64,000 nucleotides of DNA from Lytechinus pictus (taxonomy: Eukaryota). Shown here one piece after another: positions 51,276 to 64,000 of this stretch. The translations under genes and the position numbers were made by a program. The DNA lies in contig NC_087245.1 in the NCBI RefSeq assembly GCF_037042905.1, positions 3,226,001 through 3,290,000 of the forward strand, in the 5' to 3' direction. Within the stretch, counting starts at the first letter, position 1, and each line of letters opens with the position of its first letter. The notes under the pieces were generated by a model. That model worked only from the letters and a program-made list of their open reading frames with translations, made no database searches and was not told the origin of the DNA.

Positions 51276-53280
51276 TCTCCTACTATACTTCTAATGGTAA
51301 CAATTCATGCAAATAATGATAATAATACAATTTTATTGATAAAAATTAGCCACTTCAGTTATATAAGAACTACTCAGCGGGCTCAGCATAACATGATATC
51401 TTATATAGTTACCATATCCCAATTTAGAAATGCTGATCGCTATAGCTATCAAAAACCGAATACTCGTCCGGGATCTAGCAAATGATTCTCCGTTCATCGG
51501 GAAAGAATATTACACTCCGAGATTCCCTGTTACTTTTCCCTCCCTCCCCACCCTCATTCTCATTTTTATTTCTCCCCATTGTTACCTTGTCAGGAAAAGG
51601 ATATCGTTTTTCGATAAAAAGCATTGTAGGTCCATGATAAAAGTGACCCAACACAATATCACATTTGCTTTATGAATACCTATTTCAAGCACAGTGCTGA
51701 AAATGAGATTATGTTAAAATGTGTTTCCTGAAAATTTGAAATGTGCTCTAGTAGGTGAGATTTGCTATTAACATGACAAAGACATGCTCTCTCTCTCTCT
51801 CTGTTATTCACCCTCTTTATTGTATGGCTGTCCCTTTATTAAAATTAGACCGTCTCGTTATTCATGGTTATATTCAAGTTCATTTATATTAAATCGATTT
51901 GCACTTGCAATTATGACGCATTGTCATTTTCGTCACCATAGCCACACACCAGTGACGGTAAACACAATTATTGTGACACTTATATATAGAAGCGACCCGA
52001 ATTTTATTTCCTACTTAGGATTATGGGATTGGATATTTTTATCAGGCATTATAGAAAATTCCATGTTCTAAAAATGTAACATATCTAAATATCTGCTAAC
52101 AGAAGTGTATAATTTTTTTTCAATAATAATTGATGTCACGCGAGAAAAAAAGGAAATGTCATTGATATTTCATCGTGTATTGTCAACCCATTCATAACAA
52201 GAAACTTGCGATCATGTTTCAAAATGAATCTATCTTTGTATAGTGTGACGGTTTTCTATCAAAACAAATGTATATTCAAATATATTTAGTCTTGTACACA
52301 TCAGTCTTTATCTCATAATTCATACTCACCTCCATGGTATTACAGTCATATCACTGTACTCAACTATTCTGATTATTCATGTATATGTTTTATTCAACGT
52401 AATATCCGAACCCAAGCATGTCAAAGTTTATGCTTTTCATAATAAAGCCTATTCTATTCGATCTACATCTTTACAGAAGATATCCATGAAACGTGTATAT
52501 CACGTGGGAATTTTTTTATCTCACAATATTGATAGGTTGGCATTACATCTTACAATGTAGAAACCACCCTCACAAAAACAATTTCATCTGTTTGATGTTG
52601 CATGTAGAAAGGCGTGTTTCCAGTGTAAAACTCAATGTTGACATTCAGTATTTTATAGCAGCGCGCTTTTTTTAAAGAAAGTTTTACACCTTGAATTAAA
52701 ATCCTCCGCATTATAGACTAGACTATGAATTGATGAAAAAGGTCATTAAAGTTATCATTATTAAAGCAAGAACGACATAAGCATTGCTATAATTCAGTTT
52801 TTTAATCATTGATTTATATTCTACTTTTTGAATTTTCAGACTAATGACGCACATAAGTCACTTGCAGTTATTATTCAAATCTCCCATGTTTTTTTCAAAA
52901 GTGATAGCATCTTTGAAGACGTCTGAAGTTACAAATCTTGAATGAACAACGATTCCCATTCCCGTTCGGATGGGTATCATGGTTTCTTCAGATCTTTCCC
53001 ATTGAAATATTTGTCGATAATCCTTTTAAACAGACACGACATATGGATTCCCCGAGAAAGGATATAATAAATACAGCATTGGGTGACCGCACATCTCAGT
53101 ATTTGCTGCTGGATTACTCGAGGGAAAAGACTGTCACCGTTTGAAATAATAATACTACCTAACTATCTGATATCCAGGTCTTGGATGTCAAACTGCCTCA
53201 ACCCAGGAGAAAACGGTGTTAGATCTGACAAGCTGTATGCCAATTTATTCCAGCCTAATCAGTTCTACTGACAGAATCAA

Positions 53281-53490
53281 CACTCTTAAAACAACTCAGT
53301 CAAATTGACTAGACCAGTAGTCAGCTAGATGCAACTGGTATGTCTAGTCACACTTCTGAATTATATTTTAGTCAAAATAACTATGTTCCAGTAAATACGA
53401 CTATAAAATAGTCAAATATGGCTAGAACAACAGTTGCACCCAGCTGGCCCTATTAAACCTCTAATTTTTGACTGATTTGTGAATAGAGTG
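53281..53490. mobile_element. EnSpm/CACTA-like MITE, 2-bp TSD (AA)
   Basis: AA|CACTCTTAAAACAACTCAGTCAAA ... TTTGACTGATTTGTGAATAGAGTG|AA with internal TAGTCA/GACTA repeats. Confidence 0.7.
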
Positions 53491-53654
53491 AAGCGCTCTA
53501 AAGAGACGTTAACATTCTCAGACCTTCATTGAATACATTTCCTATTTCATATACAGATATAATATTCATATTCTTTAACGATATAGTCCAAGGCTTGCAT
53601 GATGTTCTATAAAGAAATTATGGTAATTGCACTTTTTATTTTAGAATATTTCGA

Positions 53655-54056
53655 AGGATAAATACCAGTTGTGGTAACGATCTCAAAATGAGTTTGAACA
53701 GAATCCAATGATATTACCACCAAAATGTTTGTATGTAAAAATAAAAAAAAAAATATGTGTCAAATAGCTCTGGAAGAAAATGCGTAATTGCAGAGAAATG
53801 AGCAAAATAAGCACGGGATTGCATAAAATGTCGGGTATTGTTCGAAGCAATATTAAAACACTATCCCACGTATGCTTTTCTGTGTCAGTGATCATCAGGA
53901 TTATCGAATTTGAGCTAAGATATCATGATTTTACAAAGATAAGTTTACATTAATGTACCGGATCTAGATGTATGATAATATTTCGACAACAAACCTTGAT
54001 TTAAAATACTTTCTCACGAAAGAATTATTCGCTGCAACTTATTATTTTAAGTTTAA
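53655..54056. mobile_element. Kolobok-like non-autonomous element (copy 2, more diverged)
   Basis: Aligns with 12526-12919 in the same orientation (GATAAAT.CCAGTTGTGG.AACGATCTCAAAATGA...GATCTAGAT...ACTTTTCTCACGAA...CTGCAACT). Confidence 0.75.
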
Positions 54057-57000
54057 AGCGGAACAAGTTATCACAACTTTGCCGTGTTACAATGTATTGA
54101 ATTTTGGTAAAATATATGCACATCGGATTTGACTTTTGATAGCACATTCAACCACATTGACCTATCTGCTCTGCCCATGAGCGATGGTTTATACATATGT
54201 CGTTTCAGAGAGCTGCATAATCAGGTATAGAGGTGCAGAGTTCAGAAATCATATGTCTGGCATGTTTACCAGAATGAATCAAAATTGTTTAATTCATCTA
54301 AGATAAAAGGACGAATTCAAATGATAAAAATTATACTTAGGATTAGGTGTCAGTTTTGTGATTCTAATATGACAAAAATATGTTTATAAATAGAGCCAGA
54401 AAAGGCGTGTAGGCTTACTTTTTCAGTTATATTTTCATATTACTCTGATGAAGGAACATTATATATCTTGATAAATAATAACTTTATATGTAGGTGGAGT
54501 AATAATGGTAATAGTGAATATAAAAAAAAATGCATTGCTAAAGCAAGCACAGAAAGTGATTTCTTATGCGAGGCATGATATGGGTGAAAGACATTTTTAT
54601 AAAACTAAATAATTTTCTTTTCTATCTAGAGATACTACGACAGAACGAGACTTCTAACATCAAACTCCTCGCATTCGTTAATTGCTGGCAGTGAAAGTGC
54701 TTCTAGAATTCTTCGCTTCGGTCGCATTGAAACCCGGTTTTATTGACAGCATTTTACCTTTTTTTTTTAATGCACTCTACTTTTTTTTTCATTATTAACA
54801 TAGTTTGTGGTTTCATAAATGCATTCTAAAAATCGAAAATACATACATCAAACAGATCGATATGACAGTGGGATTTACATACATCTGTATTAAATGAAAC
54901 TATTGCTATCTACTTTTGAAATATTTAAATAGGATATCACGTATTTTTTTTTTTTTTTTTAAAGAAAATTGAAGAAAAAAGAAATATCTTAATTTTTAAT
55001 GAATTACATGAATTATGTATCCTTGAGTGGTGAACATCATTCCATATCATGTAGTTAAATAAAATTATACACGTCTTTCCTTCTTCGACTGATCTCTGTG
55101 ATCTTCATTTACTATTATTTTGTTTAGAATCATTACATTACCCGTAATTCACGTTTATTATGTTTGCGTGTTATTTACGATCTGCACCGAAGCGTAGAGG
55201 GGAAAGATATAGAGATATTTCAACTTACTCAAATCTTGTCAGTCTTGCCAATAGGGAAGTGTTGACATGTTGTGTTTATATCAGTGAACCGACCTCACGC
55301 TTATGCCACATTGTAATGTGGAAGCCGTTTTAACGTTTCATCTTTGATTTAGGGCCATACTGTCTACGACGGATATTGCATTACATGCTCAAATGGGATC
55401 TAGGGCCGGGCCGTACAAAGGCTGTGTTGAGGGGAATGGTGAAATATCAGTGCAGTCGCACTGCGGTATATCCACATCAATCGAAGAGGGGTTGTACCAG
55501 ATTCGTAAGAAGGTTACACCGAGATTTGTGAATCTTTAAATGACTTCCGTACATATCGCTTTCATGTCTTTTATGTTTTTCATCATGCAAAACTCTTATT
55601 GCTCAAAATAGCGCAGCCTTTGTTCCCATGCGAGTATCGTGCAATGCAATCTACTGCATTAGGCCTAAACGGAACTAAGATTTCCCTCCTTTTAAAAACT
55701 TTTCACACTTCTCATGATACGAAATCAAAGATGCTAAAGAGCCCGTAAAATCGTAAAAACATCGTATAACCTGTCCCCTATAAAGCGCTTAGCTATGTGA
55801 CAGATAAAACATGTTTACGGGCTCTGTAAGGGCATCGTAGATTGAACGTAACCTCAGCTGTATTATGAAATACATCGTATTCATTGCAGATATTTGAGAA
55901 ACAAGATGCTAATCACTTACTTTGATTCATTACCTTCATGTATACATATTTAATCTCCCTTGTACCATTTCCCTCTTATACAAATTTGTATTATATGTAT
56001 CGCGTTGGCATTATAACTAGCGTAATTATTACCATTATCATCGATAGTATTAACAAACCTATCATTATAATGATTATATGATTATTTTCATCAGTATGGT
56101 CATTTTAATACAACTTATTAATTTACTATTATATCATTGGTAATATGTCTAATAGTTGTTCAAATTACGAATGAAGTTTACGTGGGTTAAACATACTGTA
56201 CGGAAAAGGGTCTCTTTATGAAGACGAAATAAAGCAATAGATGTTTCATTACAATACTTTTTATTCACTTTCAAAGAAGAACTACTTTACTTGATGACAT
56301 TAATACCTATAGTGAATTATGTTTGCAACGTAGTGTTCGATTTTAAACATGATGAACAACTTCTACCACACATCAATGAGTTTTTAGTGTTGTGCATTCT
56401 TCGTTTAAAGAAACATGATTGATTTTTTTTTCTTTCTTCAATATAGAATTAATATATTGGGAAACTGGTACATATATACGGCATAATTTCTCTTTCGCGT
56501 TCTTTATTTCGAGAAAAGGCAAGTTTCTGAGCCTAAAAAGCTCATCAAAATCACATATATCCCACCTTGAACAAAATAATGAAGCATTTGCTCCATAGAC
56601 ATGAAGACATGAAGTTCATGCATTTCTTAATGCAATAAATACGTAGGCATAAGTAAATAAGATTTGGACCCTCGCTTTTGCATCCTTGCCCGGCCAAAAT
56701 TATGGTCGATCAAAAAGTAAGGGTATGGTACACTGCCGTATGAACATGTTGACATTCGGAGAAAATAATATTTGAAGAGTCTCTCTTTCAATCTTCTTAA
56801 AAGCAGAGTCCATTCGAGTACTGGCAATTCTTTAGAAAAAAACAAAAACATACACGTACTATATAATTTCTATTTTGGTCCATCCAATTTCAATCTTGGC
56901 ACAAAACGAGAGGACTTTGTTAATGATGTGATATTGATTATCAGTAGGTAGAAGTATGGGACAAGAGCATGGACATATAAGGGATACAAATCGAATAAGA

Positions 57001-59100
57001 TATGGATGGAGAGAGAGAAAAAATACTATTGATAAAAATGAAAGCATATTAATGGATAGTCTATATTAAGATGTACAAAGAGTATATGGTAGAGTGAATT
57101 AGATTAATCATTTTAATCAAATAATATATGAGAATAAAGGAGAGTGTAAACACACAAAAGAGAAAACGAAAAATCAATTAACGATAACTATTAGAGATTC
57201 TTAAAAAACAAAAGAAGATACCTAAATAATTACACAAGATATGCCTACTCTTAAAAGGTTTTGTTTAAAGTTCCCAATTTGTATGTTTAAACGATTTAAC
57301 TACATTTTACATCATTTGCATGCGTGTTTCCGTTTAAAAGTGTAGCAAAATGTAAGTAGATTATGAATATTATGTGAGATTATGACTGTGTATATATGTG
57401 TGGGTGATAAAGGGTAGGGAGAGACAAAGATGACGTATTATATGAAGTGCAACCTCCATCGAAAATCGTACGGCACTGTCTAAAGTCCTTAAATTGAGAT
57501 TGATTGCGATCTGGGATCAATTAAACATTGGATTGAAGTTTTCAATGTAATAGATTTAGAATTGAATCGTATTCGACTGTATCCCGGTCCATCTTACATA
57601 GTCTTTGATTCATGATGACAAATTTAATTATAAAAGCTGATTTTTCAGATTCAAACAAAGTAACAGATTGATCCTAATATTATTTGAAATTGTATTACAA
57701 GAACAATATTTCATCCCGTTTTCAATTTTCTTTCAAATTTCAACTCTCTAGTCATTCAAGAAATTGCTTTCATATGTGAATAATGTCCTTAATCGCTTCT
57801 AATTGAATTCCATCTGTGAAGGGATGGGAGGAAGAGGAAGGAAAGGCATAGAGCCGCAAAAATTGTTAACCGTGAACAAACAAAAATCCACACAGACTTG
57901 TTGGCAGTAGATGCTGACTCTGCGACGATAAAAGTATAGGATTAAAACGACATTGGGAGAAAAGAATGAATATAACGCATTGGAGATTCAATATATAATA
58001 CATAATACAAAAAATAGTGCAACATTGGTTTGTTAACTGCAAAATTACATTTTCCCCACAAATATTGCATCTTTCTGTGTTTTTGTGAACTGTCTTAATT
58101 TTTCAGTATTGAATTTCTTAAAGAATTTTGTTGAATATCTGGCACATTTGACTTTATTATATGAAAATCTAAAAAAAAATATAATTGTTAGCTTCGATCT
58201 TGTAAATTGAGACAAAATGAACAATCTCCCATTTTCAGAACTGAACCCCTTCCAAAACAATTGGTCTCATCACGTCACTACTTATCTAAATGATATTACA
58301 ATTGTGGTAGAAAAATATGTATTTCGCATAGAATTGATGGAGAATATTTTTTAAATATCACGATATTAGTGTGGTATGGAGCAAAATAACCGCTAATGAA
58401 TATTCATGATATGAAACCACATTCACTGGCCCTCCGGCAAAAGGTTTGAGTCACGATCATAATTATTCACTATCGATTCTTACAAAAAAATCTTTTTACA
58501 GACGACAGAGTTTCTTTTCTACACAAATAACTAGCGCTACCTCTATCACTTTATTTCTCCCTTTTATGTAACTAATTTCAATTGAAAAATTGTTCTAATA
58601 ACTCGAATAGTTCTGGTAAATTTTTATGTCCTTGGGTCATTTACAGGACTACATGTTCTTCAAAGGTTTGGTCTTGGTTCATGGTGCCTTCCCCGTGGGA
58701 TTGATCATGGCCCTACTACACTCTGTCGGAGTAGTAAGGTCCATGGATTGATCAACCAATGTGATATATTGATCCAGAATCATTTACGAAATATTTTGCT
58801 TCTTTATATTCCTTCGTTATTTTCATTTCCATAAAAACTTTACGAAATCAAGATAATATAATACATGAAGTAAAGCTCTCATAATTATTCATATTATTAT
58901 GTCACGCTTTCCTTTTTTTTTCAGGTAAAAATAAACAATGAAAAAAAATGACCTTTTTTTTAAGTTCCGTGTAGGCCTGGAAGGTGTTACTAATCACAAG
59001 CTTAGATATGTTGCAGTTGTGATATTGCATCGTCATATCGATATGTTATCGCCTATGCTCCCCAGGGATGGCATCTAATCTACAGCCATATAAATATCAG

Positions 59101-59325
59101 CTATTATTATTATCATTATTATTATTATTGTTATTAGTGCCCTCAGGAAAGTAGTTTGTGTAACTGATTAGGCCACCCTGATTAAATAAAACTGAAAATA
59201 AATGAATACAAATCATTATTATTATAATTATCATTATTATTATTATTATTGTTGTTGTTGTTGTTATTATAGTTGTTTTTGTAATCATTATCACAATCAT
59301 TATCACCATCATTTATATTATTGCT
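59101..59325. repeat. (TTA)/(TCA)/(TTG) low-complexity tracts
   Basis: Direct reading. Confidence 0.85.
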
Positions 59326-60588
59326 ATCATCGTTGTTTTATATGGTTGATTATAACATGGACCTATTACAAATAGGTCCATGATTATAATAAGAATTTTA
59401 ATTATATCGATGTTGGATAATACTTTGATTAATGAATTGGCTACTTCAATATATGATTTGAATGAAAAAAGCAAACACGGTCGCCTTGATGCTTGGAATT
59501 ACTGGTCAAAGAAGATAAAGTCAAATAATCTGAAATTACCAAGGGTAATTTTTTTCTTCTTCTGAACATTGTATAAGATCAATTAAACCGCCATTACAAT
59601 GCGTTGCTTATTGGCCTACATGCACTATTTCCTGGTCCGTTGCAGTCGAGCATGTAATTTGGGACCTATGTTCCTAGTGCATCCATTAAAAAATACAAGA
59701 AGGCATCGCAAGATAAAATGCATCAACATCATAGTTCTTGACCCGTTATAGAGACGGTCATTGATTCAGTCATTGATGGACCTAGTCAAAGGGCCTTGAA
59801 ATCGCCTCTATTCGTGAGCACGACTCTATCATTGATCAACGACAAACCTAATAGAACGACTCCGGAAAATTATAGATGTGATGGAAACAAAACGAGGGAC
59901 ATGCACTTCAGTCTTTGAACACAAGAGAGATGGATGACGTCAGAGAAGGGGAACGTTTAAAAATACACTGAAAATAGTTTATTTGGCTCCTCTGGTGAAA
60001 TGCTTCCATCTTAAAAAGTTTAACATAACAGCGTGGCAGTACAGGGCACAGTTTCTGAAGAAAAAAAATGGTTTAATGAACCTTAAAACAGAACTCAACT
60101 TGATATTGTGGTGTGCGCCAATACAATAGCTACATGAGGAGGTCAGAAGTTCAAGCCCTGAGTCATGTGACTGGGTCGGGGACTTTAATACCCCCATCTC
60201 ACTAGGAAGGCGATCGTGGCGACCATGGCGATCTGTGTAAATCCCGCAAATCGTAGCAGAATCTTCCTCGAATTCTATTTTTAGCCTGCGAGACGATTGC
60301 ACTGCAACTTCTATGCGACCGACCTGCGCTGAAGGCGATGGTAATACGCTGAAAGTACGACGATGCCACTTTCTTGCGACGATTCGAGGCAGATGTGATG
60401 CGCTGCTTCTGCGATCAAAGCGATCATACAACGAGGCTCATACGCTAATTAGGACCTCGGTACGGTGGTGCTACGAATGAAGCGATTATGTTACGTTCAT
60501 GATGGGCTCTTGAAACGATTTCAAGCAATCGGCATACTAATCGCGGCACATGACACATTTTTCAGTCGATTGCCAACCTCCGACCAAC

Positions 60589-60726
60589 ATGGATGTCCAG
60601 AATTTGGTTGGACTTATACATCTTGGCATTCTAAAAGAACATCAGTTAAAAGTTGAATGCGAGGACAGGACAAGGAGGAGGCCAAAAAGATACAGGGTCC
60701 GATCCTGGCTGTCACCTAAGTCATAA
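60589..60726 (+). pseudogene. N-terminal stub of a Harbinger transposase
   Basis: Hand translation (below the ORF-track cutoff): MDVQNLVGLIHLGILKEHQLKVECEDRTRRRPKRYRVRSWLSPKS*. RRRPKRYRVRSWL resembles the basic RRR..WV+PWL motif near the N-terminus of animal Harbinger transposases. The DDE core is absent. Confidence 0.6.
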
Positions 60727-61084
60727 TATACAATATTTTTAAAATTTCATTCAAAAGATGTCGATGAGCCTAATAGTTAATATGAGGGATGCATCCAGAA
60801 TTTCATAAAAGAGCATAAAAATCTTTGATATTCTGTTTATTTTTTTCCACAAAAGTTTGTCACTCAAAAATATTTGGTAAATTCCTTTCAAATTTGCTGA
60901 CAAGAAGTAGTCTACTGATGTGAGAGCACTCATAAAAAGGGAGGGGGAGGGGGGCACAATGCCAGAATCTCCCTAAAGATTGCATTTCCCAATCAATACA
61001 TTAGTGATCGAATCATTAACAAAATTTGATGTTGTCTACTGTCACTGTGGTTAGAATTCAATTTATTTTCAAAACATAATCAAT

Positions 61085-61345
61085 TTATTTATTTCTGCAG
61101 AGGTAACCCATTTCGTCATCAAGACATGTGAGTGTCTTTTTTCTCTTTCCAGCTGGCTCAGCAGTAAGATTTTCATCCTCCTCCTGTACCCCCTCCTCTT
61201 CCTCCTCTACCTCCTCCTCCTCTACCACCACCATAACCCCTTGATCTTCCTCTTCGACCGCCGGCCTAAGAGGGGTATGTAGCTTGGGCAGCTTTCCCTT
61301 TTCTGGTCCTTTTTCTAGGAGGTATGTTTGAAAACGCCGTGGTAT
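61085..61345 (-). pseudogene. N-terminal stub of the second Harbinger gene (Myb/SANT/MADF-type partner; domain itself missing)
   Basis: (I)PRRFQTYLLEKGPEKGKLPKLHTPLRPAVEEED...EEEEVEEEEEGVQEEDENLTAEPAGKRKKTLTCLDDE has an acidic tract and a KRKK NLS-like motif and is convergent with the transposase stub. The likely start codon reads ATA. The identity is inferred from Harbinger two-gene architecture. Confidence 0.5.
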
Positions 61346-61981
61346 CGCCTCGTAATCTGTTGCAAATATGATAATCCGCCACCATCGGCACGGCGTTTTA
61401 TAGCAGCGCGGACGGTTGTTGTGCAATCGCTGCCCAGTCATCAGCGGCGCAGCAAAAGCGCAACGCGAACGCCTGTAGCGGGCTGAGAACGTGTGCCACA
61501 TGCCACCCAAAGAAGGAAGCGTCGTGGTGGAAGCTGTGTGAAGCGTGTCGAGCGCAAGGCAGTCGCCTTGTAAACGGAAGCAGCGTAGCAGAATTGTCTT
61601 GGGAACGGGCCTGAAAACCACGGGCGATCGGTGCCGCTTTTAATGCGCTTATACTACGCTTTATGCGTTGGGGCTCCGTTACAGCTACGAATATGTCGTT
61701 TGTAATACGCTCATGACTCGATTGTGATGCGCTTTAGCACCTCCGCGATCTCGCTACGTAAGTTTTGAACATGTTCAAAATTTTGTGGCGACCAGGAAGA
61801 TGGTGGCGATCCTTGCCGCTTCAGAAAAGATCAAGGTACGACGGAGAAGATTGAAAAGATCAAGGCACGATCAAGCTACGTTATACCACGCTTTGTCGAT
61901 TTTTGACGATCGCAGTGGAATCGCCATCTAGTAAGATGGGGGTATAAAGGTCTGTATATCAGACGTAGATAATCATATCTG

Positions 61982-62222
61982 CACTGCTAAACTCTGGTGT
62001 TGATTTAACACCAGCCCGGAATCTTTATATATCCACACCAGAGAAGTGTTAAACAACACTAGTTTCGTTTTGGTCTAACACCAGATAGGTGTTTATACAA
62101 CACCAATTAGTATTAAAACAGCATCGGTTTGATTCCAAACTGGTATTGTTTCAATACTTCTCGGGTGTGGACATATATAGATTCCGGGCTGGTGTTAAAT
62201 CAACACCTGATTTTTTGCAGTG
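61982..62222. mobile_element. EnSpm/CACTA-like palindromic MITE, 2-bp TSD (TG)
   Basis: TG|CACTGCTAAA...GGTGTTGATTTAACACCAGCCCGGAATCT with ~84-bp inverted arms ending TTTTTTGCAGTG|TG. Confidence 0.9.
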
Positions 62223-63450
62223 TGATTGGTCCACGTCTTGTAAAGGCCAATAAACACATAATTTCATCTTTTCTTCAATAAAATCTACCACCCACTTGCA
62301 GGATGTATGGGAATCCACCAATATAGTGAATCTCAATTTTTCTTCTAAATATACATTCAAAACTGGTATGGAAATAGATCAACTGGATTAATTATGGCAG
62401 ATGACGAGCGAAGATAACACATCTACGGTACACTATGTAGCTACAAAAGAATTAACCCATCGATAAACAAAAATCTGTACAGCGATGTCTTACGTATCGC
62501 ATCTGACATATGATATTAATTGCGATCTCCAGGAAAATTAAGAATCAGTGACAGCATTTGATCAATCAATTACGAATACATAACATACCATCTTTCATGA
62601 ACTCGACGCCACGATGGAAGGCATGGGTAAAGGATATGTGTGTTACTGCTGGGAGTGAACACACACACATGCCTGTATCGGCTGCTGTCGCAATTACATT
62701 TTAAAACAAGTCATTCTGACTGAAGGAGCTTGCGACTAGTATTTTCTCTTTAGATTGTCAATAGTTTGGTGGTTTCTCTTGTCCATAGAATATAAGATTT
62801 TTGCTGGATTATGGCGTATTATGGTCAACTAGCGACGACTTCCATGTATGCTCAAAACCATCAAAATAGGCCTACAGGAAAGGCCTCGGAGTTGAACATT
62901 TACTTTTAGCCAGATTGTGGAGTTTATTAATGACTTTTCGAAGTTAGGTGAATGCTTTCTTTTCTGGATAAAGGGTTTGATTACATTTTTTTTTTAAGTA
63001 GGAAGCCGAGTCAGTTTCCCCAAAGTATCTATCGATGCCATTGCAATGTGTCACCTTTTCTTTCTCCAGACGATGACTTTCTTCAAAACACATCTTTTTT
63101 TTTCACAGCCATTAACTTACCATGATCCATCCAGAGAACACACCAAGTGAAATGATTGGATTAAGGTTATTGTATTTTGCCGCGATAACGTATTTACGTA
63201 GACAACTGAAGCGGAAATGATCCTTAGATTGGCGAATGCGAGGACCGCAAATCAGTATGGGACTAAGAATAAAAATCGATGACGCCATGATGGGATTATG
63301 GTGGATGTGATGGGGTACCTGGATGAGAATTTCACATTCATCTTTGATCCAGGGCAAGATGGACGATGAGCACTGTATTGCAGGGGTCTTCTTTTGTTGG
63401 GGGGGGGGGGTATTCGAAGGAAGGATTAAAATGCGTGAATGTGACTATGA

Positions 63451-63721
63451 AGCCACAGTCACATTTAGACGGCTGAGCTTATCCTGGGCATAGAGGAGAG
63501 ATCTTTGAACGTCCGGGGGAAAATACGGCAGTTTTGGGGAGGTCAAAAAACATCCAGTGTTATTCCTGGACTGCTAGGTTGTCATAGAAACCGTGTGTAC
63601 AGTCATCAACGGTCGTCGACGCCTAATCTAAACTATCTCGAACTTCCTCGGATCATGCCGGTATGATCTGGGTATTGCCGTGTGGATCATCGATGATCTG
63701 TGTTTATATGTGACTGAGGCC
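63451..63721. mobile_element. PIF/Harbinger-like MITE
   Basis: AGCCACAGTCACAT / ATGTGACTGAGGCC termini, flanks TGA / TAA. Confidence 0.7.
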
Positions 63722-64000
63722 TAAATAATTCAGCAGTGAGACGTAATTCAATAGAGGATTTGGAAAGCAATAATTTGCAGTAAACCTTTTACTATATCAT
63801 TCTTCCTAGAATGCATGAAAAGAATTTAAAAACTTACATATATCGTTTTCATTATTCCAGAGAAAGAAATTAAATTCTAAAGAAATTATTTTAAGCACTC
63901 TATGTATGTAGATTGTTATACAAATTACATAATGTATTTTTGACACAAATGTATCGTCCATTCCAGGGTCATGTCAATTTTAATTGCTTTTAAATTATTA

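Larger units (their letters stand above)
60189..61944. mobile_element. Internally deleted PIF/Harbinger DNA transposon (1756 bp), TAA TSD
   Basis: TAA|TACCCCCATCTCACTAG...CTAGTAAGATGGGGGTA|TAA, CpG-rich subterminal regions full of GCGAT/ATCGC repeats, and stubs of two convergent genes. Confidence 0.92.

Noticed and set aside
51060..51485. 141-aa poly-Leu ORF (also the poly-Thr/Tyr ORF at 28479-28781 and the YI/CV-repeat ORFs)
   Set aside because: Stop-free frames of microsatellites
55340..55860. CpG-rich region with inverted AGAGCCCGTAAA / TTTACGGGCTCT, possibly an old MITE
   Set aside because: I could not define termini or a TSD
59979..60431. 150-aa minus-strand ORF (and the first ~90 residues of the 178-aa ORF at 61085-61621)
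   Set aside because: It crosses the Harbinger TIR/TSD boundary; GC-rich subterminal repeats stay open by chance

Overview
AT-rich animal genomic DNA that reads as a large intron or gene desert; the repeat content looks sea-urchin/echinoderm-like, which is an inference only. I find no recognisable intact host protein-coding gene, rRNA, functional tRNA or CRISPR array. Much of the window is transposon-derived. Retroelements: a frameshifted RTE-clade LINE (~17.0-19.3 kb, minus strand), two CR1/L2-group LINE 3' ends and several tRNA-derived SINEs. DNA transposons: an internally deleted PIF/Harbinger element (60189-61944) that keeps both TIRs, its TAA TSD and the 5' stubs of two convergent genes, plus many non-autonomous elements whose termini and TSDs can be read directly (hAT-like 8 bp, Tc1/mariner-like TA, Harbinger-like 3 bp, EnSpm/CACTA-like 2 bp, Kolobok-like TTAA), some nested in each other. 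The unique DNA between repeats holds a possible long non-coding exon (~5.4-7.08 kb, ending in AAG|GTGAGT), recurring RFX X-box-like palindromes (some MITE-borne) and a compact X-box/E-box/ETS-CRE cluster near 23.2 kb. I cannot support a novel multi-gene biological system here; the best leads concern transposon structure and regulatory motifs. Coordinates were counted by hand and family assignments rest on motif recognition, not database searches.
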